In this document: piece after piece, positions 34,845 through 47,202 of the stretch
Layout: every line of letters begins with the position of its first letter
How positions within the stretch are numbered: the first letter of the stretch is position 1
Assembly (NCBI RefSeq): GCF_011386835.1
Contig: NC_088805.1
Span: 30,442,001 to 30,506,000, forward strand
Reading direction: 5' to 3'
DNA from: Chrysemys picta bellii
Taxonomy: Eukaryota
Length of the DNA stretch: 64,000 nucleotides
Notes under the pieces: model-generated
The model's database searches: none
What the model was told of the DNA's origin: nothing
Seen by the model: only the letters and a program-made list of their open reading frames with translations
Translations under genes and position numbers: made by a program

Positions 34845-37599
34845 GCTGCAAAGATGAATTTGGGAGTGTATTCTGAAGTAGCCCTTATATCAAGGATCAT
34901 CCCATTCCTGAAAAATTGGGCTGCATGAGAATTATTCTTTAGACTTGGTCTGGCTGAAAAACAAAATGGCCTACTTTGCAGAAGTGCTACCTTTAAGTAT
35001 CTTTTTTACATACTGTATATGTTTAAGGGGAAAACCAGAGTTTGATAAAAAGAATAATGAAACTTCTAGGTTGTCAGATTTTTTTAAGCTGAAATCTGTT
35101 GAGCCTGTTCTCAAACCAAAAACCACGTATGTTCTTTGCTCTAATGGGACTATATAGGGAATTCTCATATTGAGCTAAACTCATAAAAATTTCAGTTCGT
35201 GAGCATCCTTTTACGGTTAGTGAAACACATCTTATTTGCTATTTCCCCCCCGTATTTTCCCATGTGTAAACCTAGATTTTGTGTTTGGGTAAAATGGAAG
35301 CACCTTTATACTCTTACAGCAAAAAAGCTAGTTACTGTTTGTTCTGCTAAAGATCTGTTTAACCCATTTTCATTTTCCAGATGTCGATGTATTTGTGCTT
35401 TAAAGATGGTTTTCTATCAGGCAGCTGGACTAGGTGTGTGGTCTTACTGAACATGCCTTTGAACTCCCTGAGGATTTCAGGGCTAATATCCCAGACAATT
35501 GGGGGAAGTTATGCTAATATTTGTGATGGTTTCTCTTTTTTATATGCAAAGTACTTTATTGTGAGTTTAATACTATCAAAGTTCCATTGGGCATAACCGC
35601 TCCTTCTAACTACCACAACAGCCTGACTTTCAGAAAAAGTGTTCTCATGTTGTTTAGTATGTGTCTTTTGTCACCTGCATATGTACCTGCTGATGACAGC
35701 TGAACTTCAAGGTGATCCTTCAGGATGGTATTAGAACCTTTCATGTCACTCTTCAACATGTTTGAATGTACAGTAAAATCAGGACACCTCAGATATAGAA
35801 TTGGTTCTGTGCATTTCATAGTTATGAATTAACATAATTGTCTTCATTTCACTTTTTTGAACCTCCTCTCATCCAGTGTGTATCTTTCTCCCACAGTTTT
35901 ACTTCCACTCAGAGCTAGTCTGAAGTTGGAGATGCCTAGCATCTCTAAAGTTACATCCCCTGAAGAGTTAAATCTGTTCTTTAGCATGTCACAGGGGGCA
36001 ACAATCTTGTTCATAGTCACCATTTAGCATCTGGTTACATTGTGCAAACCTATTTCTCGTGCCATACTGATCCAGCAATATTTACTCAGTTAAAACTCCC
36101 ATTGAAAACAATAGACGTTTTGCCTGAATAAGATCTACAGGAGTTGGGTCATCTAGTTCAAAGTGGATTATTGCCATTTCTTTTTTTATTTTTTATTTTC
36201 AGTATGTTGCAAACTGCAGTATGGAAGTGACAGATCCTTTTATCCATGAACATTTTGCTCACTGTTTGCCACTGTGGTGGCTGGCTCCAATAGAAATTGA
36301 AGATCTCATGCTGCTCCCACAAAGTAGGTGACAGAACTCCCCCTGATGTCAGTGGGAGCAAGGTGGGACCTTGATGAAATTCTAGGATTTCAGCTCTAGC
36401 TCTGAATTAATTGATACTTTTCTATTAACTTTCACTGATAAGAGAAAAAGTTTAGTTTATCCCTTCTGTGAAATTGCATCCTTATTTTGTACTATACTAG
36501 TACATTTTACACTAGTATCTATGTATGGAGAAGCCATTTCTGAATCTTTGTCCCAGTAGGTAACACTAGTACAAAAGAAAAGGTTCTATATGTTTTCTGT
36601 ATATATTGTTTAACCATGGTGTTGGTTTTTAAATAAAAATTCTACTTTCTTTATGCTGTTGTGCTGGAATCATTTACTTAGCTCCCCATGTTAAGTTCCT
36701 CTTATCATAAATGTTTTCTCTTAGAAGTGTGCTGTAGACTGTTTTCCAAAAAAATATTGATATTAAACATAGTAATCTTTGAACTTGAACTCTTACTTCC
36801 AATTCTCCATCCTGCTTTGTTTTCACAGACCTATTTTTTCCCTCAAAACATTTTGGTACGTCTCAATTCTGCAATTCAAATGAAAATAAAACCTAGTGGG
36901 TAACCTCATCCAAATCTTTCTATTGTAAGAGTCAAATAGAGCATATCACTTTCTGAGAGTGTTTTCTCAGCGGGCATACTATACCATTTTTTTTTAAACC
37001 CACCTGTATGAAATATACCCATTACCTACAGTGGCAGCCTTGCACAGACAATTATCACTTGTTTCCTTCTGCAGAACGTTTTACATGTGCAAGTTTTCCA
37101 CCTTCCACTAAACTGGGCCGCCATAGTATACTTCAGTAATTAGTCCATAGGCAACATTCTGTGCTGCCCCAATGGAGAATATTAGACCACATGACTTGGC
37201 TCCTGCCCTTAATGCTGGTGTAGGGAATTTTGATGGGCGTTTGTAAAATTCCAGTGGAAATATTTCCAGTGTTTTTTATACTCTATTTTGGATGGAATTT
37301 CCAGCAGCTTCATGCTGGGTGGAGGGAGGGCTTGAAGGAGGCAGAGAGTTAGTTACTCTGCAAATGGGATATTGTGTCAAACACAGACTTTGCCTTGCAA
37401 TGCTGCAGGTTTGTATTTCCTTTTATAGAGCGCTTCGAGACGCCAGGATGAAAGCTGTGAGCATATCGGAGTAACGTGGGCTCAAAACTAAATGCAGAAA
37501 GACGTTGACGCACGGGTCTAGACTTGTGTTTACACCTCCCTGACAGCAGTTTTGTCTGAACTGCCTGGCCCTGTCCTGGCATAACGGGGGAGCAGCAGG

Positions 37600-37936
37600 G
37601 ACCATGCGGCACCACTGTTGCCCCCTCTCTCCGGTGTGGGGCGGGGGCGTACGCACAAAACCAGCCCCGAGCAGTTCCGGGTTGGACCTTTGCAAACAGG
37701 AACTCCGCACCAGGCCGCTTTGACCTGACCTGGCCCTTTACAAACAAGACCGCTCCCACGGCCAGGCCAGAGCGGAGCCGGGTCGCCCCCCCGCCCCGAG
37801 GGCCCAAATGAGGACGGCGCCAGGGCTCACGCGACGTCAGGGGGCGGGCCCCGAGCCCGGGGGCGCGCGGGGGCGGGGGATTCCTTCCCGCGCGCCGACC
37901 CCGGCCTCGGTTCCCATGGCAGCCGCCGCTTGTGAG
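37600..37936 (+). promoter_or_regulatory. ACACB: CpG-island promoter and putative non-coding first exon of ACACB
   Basis: CpG island ~37600-38400 between UNG and the first ACACB coding exon; donor GAG|GTGCGT at 37936; GC boxes, CRE-like GACGTCA (~37832), DR4-like TGACCT-gacc-TGGCCC (37721-37736). Exon assignment is inferred. Confidence 0.6.
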
Positions 37937-38089
37937 GTGCGTTCTGGAGCCCGTGGCCCGGCCCGGCCCGGTCCTGCCTTCTCTCCGGCTCGGGCCGGGG
38001 GTCCTGGGGGCAGCGTGTCCTCCCCAGGCTCCGCGGGCAGGGTGGGGCCAGGGGCCTGCCAAGCTCCCTGCTCCTCAGCGCCGCTCACC

Positions 38090-38218
38090 CAGAGGTGCTG
38101 GGAGTAGGGGTTGGGGGGGGTTCCGCCCCCCCCCGGCCTGACGTGGCTCCCATCACATGCAGGGTTTACAGCTTGGTTCAGGGGCTCCCCGCCCCCCCCA
38201 TTGTTCCAGCCCCCCCTG
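38090..38218. mobile_element. Small hAT-like MITE inside the CpG island
   Basis: Imperfect TIRs cagaggtgctggga...ttccagcccccctg; TSD cgctcacc / tactcacc (difference explicable by CpG decay). Confidence 0.5.
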
Positions 38219-39004
38219 TACTCACCCCTTCCTTTGACAGGGGGACCGGCCCCATGGCCCACGGGGGGCGAGCCCCAGGGGGAGCCAGGTCGGTTTGTGG
38301 GGGTGTCTGGTTTTTCAGGTTTATGTGTAAAGGCCCCCCCAAGGGACCCCCGCGCAGGGGGGACTGCACCGCACCGGTGGTAGGTATGAAACTAGAGGCC
38401 TAGTAGCTCACTTCACCGTGGGTTTTCTGGGACAAGGCTGGATTAACAGACACACCGCTTTAACCAGTGGCCTTGTGAACCAGCCTGTCCACAGTTAACC
38501 CCGAAGGGTCCAGCGCAGCAAAAGGGGGTGTTGAGAGCGCGGTGAGGCATTGATTTTGGGAGGGGAAAGCAAAGCAGCAGGAACCCCTCCGCTCTGGCCA
38601 CGGGTCCTTGAACAAGATGATTTGAGGGTTTTCTTGCTTGTTACTTGCACTGTGATCTGTCCCGCCTCGCTTAGGGGTTATGGAAGAGGGTTTATTGTTT
38701 AATTGTCCCATTGAAATACCAAGCTTGATATTTTTTTTTTTTTTTGTAGAAGGGTGGGTGAACTGAGTGGTGAGAGTCCTAGGAGCAGTGGCGTGTATTC
38801 CCCCTCCAGCTCTGAAAATGTATCTCTGGCCTAGTTTGCATCACTTTCCTGCTCTTCTAATCCTGGGCCTCTCTTCAGTCACATGCTGTTTTGATAATGT
38901 GGGTTAAACGAGGGTTAGGATGATACCTTCAGACACTCTCTCCTCTGTGATCTAAAGCAAGATTTTATCCTTTGTACCTTGTTAAAAGCCTTTGATTAGC
39001 TATG

Positions 39005-39920
39005 GTTTCTTTTCCTTGTTTAGAAAGGCAATTAAGTTGTGAGGATTTATTTCTCCTTATCACATCCTGAGATAAAGAGAGAAACTTTAATGGAAATTCA
39101 GCTCCCAAGAAGATTAGACCTCCCTACTGCATGTTGTAAACTTTTCTTTCCAGACAGCACAATATTTCTGTCCCAAAGGAAAGCAACAGCTGTCAGGGAC
39201 CATAGTAAATTAACCACTAGAGGGAGAGTTTAGAATCCCAAAAGCGCAGTGAAAAATTGCACAAGAAGCTGAAGTTGGCTCCTTATCCATGGTACCAGCT
39301 CCTTATTCAAAGGCCTGAATTATTTACAAATACATCAGTGTAAGATTGAATTTTTAGCAGTTTTCATCAAATTAAGAAGATTGAATCTGATAAAAATTCA
39401 GTTTCTAATTACTTCATTATTTATTGATTAAAAATCCAGTAAGGAGCTGGCTTTTGACTGGCTGTAAATGACAAACTAAGTTTTGGGTCACCTGAAGTAA
39501 TGTGTCCTTGTGACCGACAGACTCTTCTGAAGGAGCTAGGACATGGCGCTTGTTGACCTGAAGCTTCGTTCTTGAGCAGCACGCCTCCACCTCTCTTCTA
39601 TGTTTTACACAAGGCTTGAATAAGGGGCTGGGTTTTGACTGATTGTATGTGCTGAAATGTGTCTCAGGTCACCCCAAGTGACATGTCCCCATGTCTGTGA
39701 GATTGTTGTGAAGGAGCTGGGACATCACTTGCTGACCCAAAGCTTTGTTCTTGAGCAGTGTGGAGTGAGCTATGATGTGCCCACCCCACTTTCGTATTGT
39801 ACACAGGACTTGAATAAGGAATTGGGTTTTGACAGAATGTACGTGACAAAAAAGTTTCAGGTTACCCCAAGTGACACTCCCTACGACTGTTATTTTGTTA
39901 TGAAGAGCTGGAGATATGCC
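39005..39920 (+). repeat. Left arm of a long degenerate inverted repeat, containing ~185-bp tandem units
   Basis: Tandem units marked by ggtcacc(c)aagt at 39486, 39667 and 39860; reverse-complement similarity to ~44020-45020 is clearest for 39198-39920, weaker further out. Confidence 0.8.
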
Positions 39921-39980
39921 ACTCCCAGAGGAAAACTTTTATTTCTGGTCTAACAAATGTATTACCCCAATTTTTATTTT

Positions 39981-40095
39981 TTTCAGAGTAGCAGCCGTGT
40001 TCGTCTGTATCCGCAAAAAGAACAGGAGTACTTGTGGCACCTTAGAGACTAACAAATTTATTTGAGCATAAGCTTTCGTGGGAAGCCCACTTCAG
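39981..40095 (-). mobile_element. Penelope-like insertion (truncated hammerhead motif)
   Basis: tttcagagtagcagccgtgttcgtctgtatccgcaaaaagaacaggagtacttgtggcacc...gcataagctttcgtgggaagcccacttcag. Confidence 0.88.
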
Positions 40096-41320
40096 TGTCT
40101 TAACTAACAATGAACATATGCAATATGCATGTAAAAAAACAACAAAAGCAATATTTGGCAAATTTGCTGCAAATCCAGCTGTAATGTTTTCACAGAAATT
40201 GTATGATCGTTACAAATGAAGTCTATGGGAACTTTTGGTTTGCTGTTACGTGAGTTAAGGACAGGAAAACTGGCTAAACTGATAGAACCGAGTTTAATTT
40301 TGGATGATATAAACACATGGTTTATGGTCAGTGTTGTGTCTTGTGCTCATTATGTAACAAAAATAATAAGGGGAGACTGTTTGGGCACCATTGACTCCCA
40401 AATAATCATGTTTATTAACTCTATGCAAAAATACAAGGCCTAGTTGAATGCTCACTGCTGCTCTGAGTGGTTTCTGATGGCTTCTAAAACCTAGAAAACT
40501 GTGAGTACCACTAGAGTGCTCACAAACTACTTAAATGAATACTACCCTATTCTTATATAGTACAGTTACTGAACCCGCTAGTGTCTTTAGTATTGCTCTG
40601 AGATTTGTACAACACCAATGTGTCTTAGTGCACTTTAACAGAATTTGGAGAACTCTTTCGGTGGCTAGAATATTACCACCTTTCCTTTTTAATTCCATCA
40701 TAGAAATACTAGCCCCCAATTTCATTAAGCATGTGGAAACATACAAAATGCTTCCTGCTGTTGTATGTTATCTCAACAACTTTGCTTTAATAAACTCTAT
40801 TGTTTATGCAAATAATTTTGATGATTTCTGTTGAACTAAGCAATATTTGAAACATTTTAAATATTAATTATATTCAAGTTGCATGAAAAAGAGCTACAGA
40901 GAGGGCAGATGAAGGATTTTTCGGGGGTTGGGGGCATTTCATTTTTGTCGGAATAGTCAGTGAGTGGTATTTGAAAAGGGGCAGGTCGCTGCTTTAAGGG
41001 GATTCCACCAAAACGTGTCTTGGTTTTTTTCAGCTTACTTGCTGTCATGCACAGAATCTCTGACAGCTGAAGGGCACATTTTTTAATCTTGCGCTTATGA
41101 GACTGAATTGTGAGTGTAATGAGAGAGATGCAGGGATCACCACTAATGAAATGATGTGTACTCAATTGATGCGATCCATTGCACTTTTACTTTGACTATG
41201 AAATTATAAAATAAGCAAAGAAGTTGTCATTTATTATAATAAAAAAAATTAACTGAGCAGTTGTTGGTGCTGATCACCGGTGACACCTATATTTAAGCAT
41301 TCTGAAGTATTTGCATGCTA

Positions 41321-41496
41321 AGGCCCTATTTTGCACAGAAGGGAAGTTTCTTCATAAATTTCTGCAGAATTGCTGCATAATGTGGTGCTGTCTGCCTCTC
41401 CATAAGGAGGTTTTTATGGTCTGTACACAACCAACTACTGCACAAACCTTCCACATGGAGAGGTAAACTTTGACAAAGTTGTGTGTGCAAAAGGGC
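41321..41496. mobile_element. Short MITE (Harbinger-like)
   Basis: Imperfect TIRs ggccctattttgcacag...tgtgtgcaaaagggcc; taa on the left. Confidence 0.5.
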
Positions 41497-41511
41497 CAGT
41501 AACAGGGTTTC

Positions 41512-42265
41512 ATAGACTGAGAGATTTTCAGGCCAGAGGGGACCATCTAGTCTGACATCCTGTATGTCACCAGCAAATTTCATCCAGTTACCCTTGTTGC
41601 TTGGCTCAAAACAGCTTATGTTTGACTAATATATTTTCTAGAATGCCAAGTATCAGAGGTGTAGCCATGTTAGTCTGTATCCACAAAAACAACGAGGAGT
41701 TCAGTGGCACCTTAAAGACTAACCGATTTATATGGGCATAAGCTTTCGTGGGTAAAAACCCCCACGAAAGAAGAGAAGAAGCGGAGTTTTTTACCCATGA
41801 AAGTTTATGCCCAAATAAATCTGTTTGTCTTTAAGGTGCCACCGGACTCCTCATTGTTCTTCTAGAATGGCATTCACTCTTGATTTGGAGACATCAAGAG
41901 ACAAAGAATCCATCACTCCTCTTGGTGGTCTGTTTCAATGGTTAATCACCCTCACTGTTAAAGATTTGTGCCTAATTTCTCACTTGACTTTGTCTGGCTT
42001 CAGCTTCCAGCCATTGGTTCTTGTTCTGCCTTTCTCTGGTAGATGAAAAGCCCTTTAGTGCCCACTCTTTGGTCCACATGAAGATACTTACACACTTTAA
42101 TCAAATCTTCCTTTTGATAAGCTACACAGATTGACCTCTGTAAATCTGTCACTGTAAGGCATTTCCTCCAGCCCTCGAACCATTTGTGTGACTCTTTTCT
42201 GTGCCCTCTCCAATTTTTCAACATCCTTTTTTAAAATGTGAACACCAGAAGTGGATGCAGTAGTC
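41512..42265 (-). mobile_element. CR1 LINE 3' fragment interrupted by a Penelope-like insertion
   Basis: Reverse-strand CR1 ORF2 C-terminal remnants (frameshifted; e.g. LKNWRG...WFEGWRKCLTV) and 3' end catagactgag...ggccagagggaccatctagtctgac. Confidence 0.85.
41646..41859. mobile_element. Penelope-like ends in inverted arrangement, nested in CR1
   Basis: gtggcaccttaaagactaac...gcataagctttcgtggg followed by its reverse complement ...gaaagtttatgccc...ctttaaggtgccac; 10-bp TSD ttctagaatg (41636-41645 / 41860-41869). Confidence 0.85.
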
Positions 42266-42635
42266 CCTTCCATCCTGACATTTCTATGATTCTGTGATTC
42301 TTCTAGTTGAGTTGAATGTCTCCTGGCTCTCTTTCCCCTCTTGGTCTCAAATTACCTGTCCACTTCTTTGGTTTGTACTCTCACCAATTCCCTTATAGGT
42401 GATCCCTTCCCAAGTGGTGTCTGTGAACATGATTTCCAAATCTGGTTGTCCAAGTCTTTGTTTTCTTTGCCGCTGCACAATGTTGCAACTCATGCTTCCA
42501 GACCACGTCGTCTTCTCCAGGAAGGTCCCCAGCTTGCATTTTCTATGCTAGAAATCTATTCTGTCTTCCAGCAGAAAGGAGAACATAGTACATCCAAGGC
42601 AGGTTGCAGCAGTTGTTCCTTCATCATCCATATTA

Positions 42636-42700
42636 GTGTTAGTCTGTATCCGCAAAAAGAACAGGAGTACTTGTGGCACCTTAGAGACTAACAAATTTAG
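42636..42700 (-). mobile_element. Penelope-like short fragment
   Basis: gtgttagtctgtatccgcaaaaagaacaggagtacttgtggcaccttagagactaacaaatt. Confidence 0.8.
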
Positions 42701-42726
42701 TTGCTACCTCTGGTATAGAGCCATAC

Positions 42727-43598
42727 CTAGATTCATAGATTCATAGATTATAGGACTGGAAGGGACCTCGAGAGGTCATCGAGTCCAGTCCCCTGCCCGC
42801 ATGGCAGGACCAAATACTGTCTAGACCATCCCTGATAGACATTTATCTAACCTACTCTTAAATATCTCCAGAGACAGAGATTCCACAACCTCCCTAGGCA
42901 ATTTGTTCCAGTGTTTAACCACCCTGACAGTTAGGAACTTTTTCCTAATGTCCAACCTAGACCTCCCTTGCTGCAGTTTAAACCCATTGTTTCTGGTTCT
43001 ATCCTTAGAGGCTAAGGTGAACAAGTTTTCTCCCTCCTCCTTATGACACCCTTTTAGATACCTGTAAACTGCTATCATGTCCCCTCTCAGTCTTCTCTTT
43101 TCCAAACTAAACAAACCCAATTCTTTCAGCCTTCCTTCATAGGTCATGTTCTCAAGACCTTTAATCATTCTTGTTGCTCTTCTTTGGACCCTTTCCAATT
43201 TCTCCACATCTTTTTTAAAATGCGGCGCCCAGAACTGGACACAATACTCCAGCTGAGGCCTAACCAGAGCAGAGTAGAGCAGAAGAATGACTTCTCGTGT
43301 CTTGCTCACAACACACCTGTTAATAATCCCAAAATCATGTTTGCTTTTTTTGCAACAGCATCACACTGTTGACTCATATTTAGCTTGTGGTCCACTATAA
43401 CCCCTAGATCCCTTTCTGCCGTACTCCTTCCTAGACAGTCTTTTCCCATTCTGTATGTGTGAAATTGATTTTTCCTTCCTAAGTGGAGCACTAACAAAGA
43501 CAAATGCAAAGTGCTCCACTTAGGAAGGAAAAATCAATTTCACACATACAGAATGGGAAAAGACTGTCTAGGAAGGAGTACGGCAGAAAGGGACCTAG
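42727..43598 (-). mobile_element. Young 5'-truncated CR1 LINE with inverted-duplicated 5' end
   Basis: (catagatt)n tail at 42727; uninterrupted ORF2 C-terminal frame 42821..43309 ([39 protein letters not shown]); 43493-43598 is the same element in opposite orientation. Confidence 0.96.
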
Positions 43599-44019
43599 AA
43601 CAGGAACAACTTGTCTGCCACTCCTGTTGACCTGGCAATTGACTTCTATACAAGTCTCACTGCTCAGCTCCCTTCCTTGGAAACAGGGAGGGAATAACCA
43701 CTTAGAGACTTCAAACACTGGTTCTGTTCGAAGGGTCCCAGCCACAAGGCTCTCATTGAGACACAAACAAACCTGACTCCGCTGGCCAGTTCAGGGGTGC
43801 ACAGCCAGCCACACAACGTTCTGTGGAGAACAAACAGATGGAACAACGTAACACTTGCTAAGTCCCTCTCCCTGCAAGCATAGGATGCACAGCTTCATCC
43901 TCTGAACCTCTCCTGTTCGCTGCTCCTTTTGCCCCGCTAAAGGGCGTTTGTGCATCTGGAGGGGGAGAAGGACTCGTCACATGGGCTACAGTTTTTCGCA
44001 AAGAAAATGTTTCAAGTCA

Positions 44020-45020
44020 GGGAGTTCCATGCCTCAGCTAGGTCAGAATGGTCTGACTGTCAAACTCTGGTTCCTTATTCAGAATGGAAGTGGGTGGGGG
44101 TGTGCCATTTGGCAGACGATTGTACAGAAACACAGGTTTGGTTTGGGGAAGGACTTATTCAGCGGTTGTGGAGACATGTCACTTGGGATGACCTGAGACA
44201 TCTTTTGTCACAGTCAGTAGGTCAGTCAAAACACTCCTCCTTTGCCTGATTGGGATGGGGGTGTGACATGTGGCAGCATATTGCTCAAGAATGAAGGTTC
44301 GAGTGGGGGAGTTAACATGTCCCAACTCCTTCAGAACAGTCTGGTGGTCAAGGAGGAGTGTGGCTTTGGGTGGCCTGAGACCTGTTTAATCACCTCCAGT
44401 CTGTCTAAACCCAGCACCTTATTCAAACTCTATGCCCAATATGGAATTGGGATGGGGGTGTGACATGTTGCACAGGAACGAAGCTTCGGGTTGGCGAGTG
44501 GCATGTCCTGGCACCTTCAGAACAGTCTGTCAGTCACAGGGATGTGTCGCTTGGGGTGATCCAAAACTTATTTTCTCACAAGCAGCCAGTCAAAACTCAT
44601 ATCCTTATTTGATTATTTAATAAATAAGTAATCTGTAATTAATTTTTTTATCACATTCAGTCATTAATTTGGTGACATTTTCTAAAAATTTAATCCTACA
44701 TTGATGTATTTTTAAATAATTTTGGCCTTTGGGCAAGGAACTGGGAACCACAAATAAGGGGCTGGTACCAAGAATAGGAAACCTACTTTAGCTTTATAAA
44801 TTGTAGCATATATATTTGTGTAGAAGCCTTGCACAATTAGTAACCAACTGATTTCTCCCCCAGAACTATGGGCTTTGATAAAATACATTTTTATTGTGAA
44901 ATAAATTAATCTATAAAACAAAAATTGGATGGGAGCTCTTGGCTTGGACAGTGTTGGGGCTCTAAGTAAATGAAGGCAGAAAAATCTTGGGTTAATAGCC
45001 ATGCAAAAGAAACTCCTTTT
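44020..45020 (-). repeat. Right arm of the long degenerate inverted repeat
   Basis: Reverse complement of 44570-44769 aligns with 39290-39480 (tggtaccagc...aaaggcc..aattattta.aaatacatca.tgta.gatt.aatttttag...ttttgactggctg); three ~185-bp tandem units at 44020-44570. Confidence 0.8.
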
Positions 45021-47202
45021 GTTTACTGGAAGTGGCCCTTCTACATGTATGTTGTTTTTTTTAACATGCTACACCTACCAATAACTCTAGGTGTCTAGAT
45101 GCAGAATCCAAATTGAAATCCGTTCATGACATGATCTGACTTCTCTTGGAGCAATAGTAAATAGACCCATATACACACACAAAAATAAGACCAAAACATA
45201 GGTCTTGGTCTTATCATTTTGATTAAATGTTAATCATTAAAAGAATTAGATATCTTCAGCCTTTAATTCTGCTGTACTCTGCCATAGAATAGCTACAAAT
45301 GATTTTATACACAGTGCCTGTTTTGCTTATTTTCAGGACAATTGTGTGTGTGTTTTTAATTAAAACTTTCCACAATGGATCAATTTCCCCTTATTTCTTT
45401 ATATAATTTTATAGCAGGCTGACACAAAAAATGTTTGTGCTGAACAAACTCAGCATTAAACAGTTGTTCATTTTGCATCACTGAGTGACCTTTGTCCCAC
45501 TAAATCTAATCCCATTTTGGTATGCAACAGAATAACTTGTAGCTGCTCTCCACATGCTTGATGTGGAGTCATTGCTGGCTTTTTTTTTTTTTTTAAACTT
45601 GGCTTCAATAAAAGTTTCCCAAGCAGAACGACTGAAGGGATTTTATTTAATATCAATGTCATAAATAAGATGAGAAATTTAATTTAGGGAAACTCCATGA
45701 AATGTGAAACCAAGCAAAGAATGTGGGTGACGTTTGGTGTCTTTAACCCCTTAAGGCCTCCGATGATTGGAAATACCAGCAGCCATGGAAAGGTTACCGA
45801 AATAATCCTCTCTGTGCATGTGGCTTTGGTTAGACGGACTGTTCAATGTGGGCCATGCATTACGAAAGCAATTTGGGTTTTCTGTTGCATGTTTTCAGAT
45901 CATTCTAGTTCTGGAGATACTTATATATCTAGCATGGCTCTGAGTTTTAAACAAACCATGGAAAATTGGGACTCCATTAAGGTAAACTTGTGTTAGGAAA
46001 CATAGCGAGTGCCTAAGTATATATATATTGAAACATTGTCTGTCATTCTTACCAGAGAATTATTAACGCTCTTCAATTGGTTAAATGCTAATAAGATTCT
46101 TTTGTACAGCAGGGATTGGTTATAATCTAAAATTTATGTTCATCACAGTCACCACTGCCAAATAGTCTCCGATGCTCAGCCTCTAGTCCACTAGCCTGAC
46201 AAGGTACAATAAATATTTAGTCTTCAAGAGCTGTGTAATGCTGAAAGCAGAGTGTGGAGGTCATGAAACAAAGGGCATGTGTGAAGATCCAGAGACCAGA
46301 TAGGATGGTAAGTGGCTTAATTATAATGGAACTAATATTGCTAATTAAAAATTAATATGGCTAATGTGGAAATAGAAGCAGCTCTGTGCAGGGGGGTAAT
46401 GCAATTGTTTGCCAGTGGGGGTTGTATCTGTCTGCTTGGAAGCCTGTGGCCATGAAGAAGAACTGATAATGGGGCTGGATGTGCCTTACTTCGATCTAAA
46501 CTGAGCAATATAAATTATGACCTTATTTAAATGGATTATGTTACTCTGAACTCCTACAAAAGCTGTTTAAAGATCAAATACTGAATGTTTTAAATGCTAT
46601 TTAGAGTTTTGAAAGCTCAGGTCTGAATATAAAAACTGCTTACTTTTAAAGTGACATCCTAAATGTTGCATTTGTATGTTTTCCAGCTGTTGATTGTAAT
46701 TCTATTTTAGCCGTTACAATGCGTGCATTTGTTTCCTGCCCCTTAAGGCCCAGATCCTGCAAACGCTTGTGCACATGCTTACTGTTACTACTGAAATAAT
46801 GAGACTACTCGTGGTATTTATTTAGCTTTAGATAAAAAGACCCCAAGGCTCTAAGTGCTGTAAGACATCATTAATAATCCAGTAATATCCCAGCACCATT
46901 AAAATAATGATTTCAGCAAGAACTCAGTTAGCCAACCATGTATAGAAATGCCTTTCCACCCCTTCATTGTTGTGAGGAGCAGCACGCCCTCTGTCCTCTC
47001 CAAAAAACAACCAACAGGTGGCTTTAGCCAGCATGCGCAGAAGCTCACCAAATTTGGGCTACATTGGACCAAGTAGGGGAGAAGTTCCAGATTCCTGGAG
47101 CCCTCACAGGGTAGCTGGCAACCTACTTCTCCTTCTCTTTTAGAATGAGAGAGATACAGCTCAAGTGCCCCTGCTAACCAGAGCTGTGAGTGGTCCCTTA
47201 CA

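Noticed and set aside
37349-38403. Long overlapping ORFs (237 aa, 141 aa and others) on both strands
   Set aside because: Gly/Pro/Arg-rich, stop-poor frames typical of CpG islands; no recognisable protein. The same applies to 1086-2101 and 28457-30434 outside the called exons.
39480-39920. CRISPR array or coding tandem repeat
   Set aside because: Eukaryotic intron, ~185-bp diverged units without unique spacers, and no conserved reading frame.
42341-42691. THAP-domain transposase remnant (VCEHDF) inside the foldback
   Set aside because: Only a 6-residue resemblance with no upstream CxxxxC or conserved Trp; insufficient.
42821-43309. Novel 162-aa host gene
   Set aside because: It is the CR1 ORF2 C-terminus.
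46320-46520. Conserved non-coding enhancer-like AT-rich segment
   Set aside because: Homeobox-like TAAT motifs are visible but conservation cannot be assessed from one sequence.
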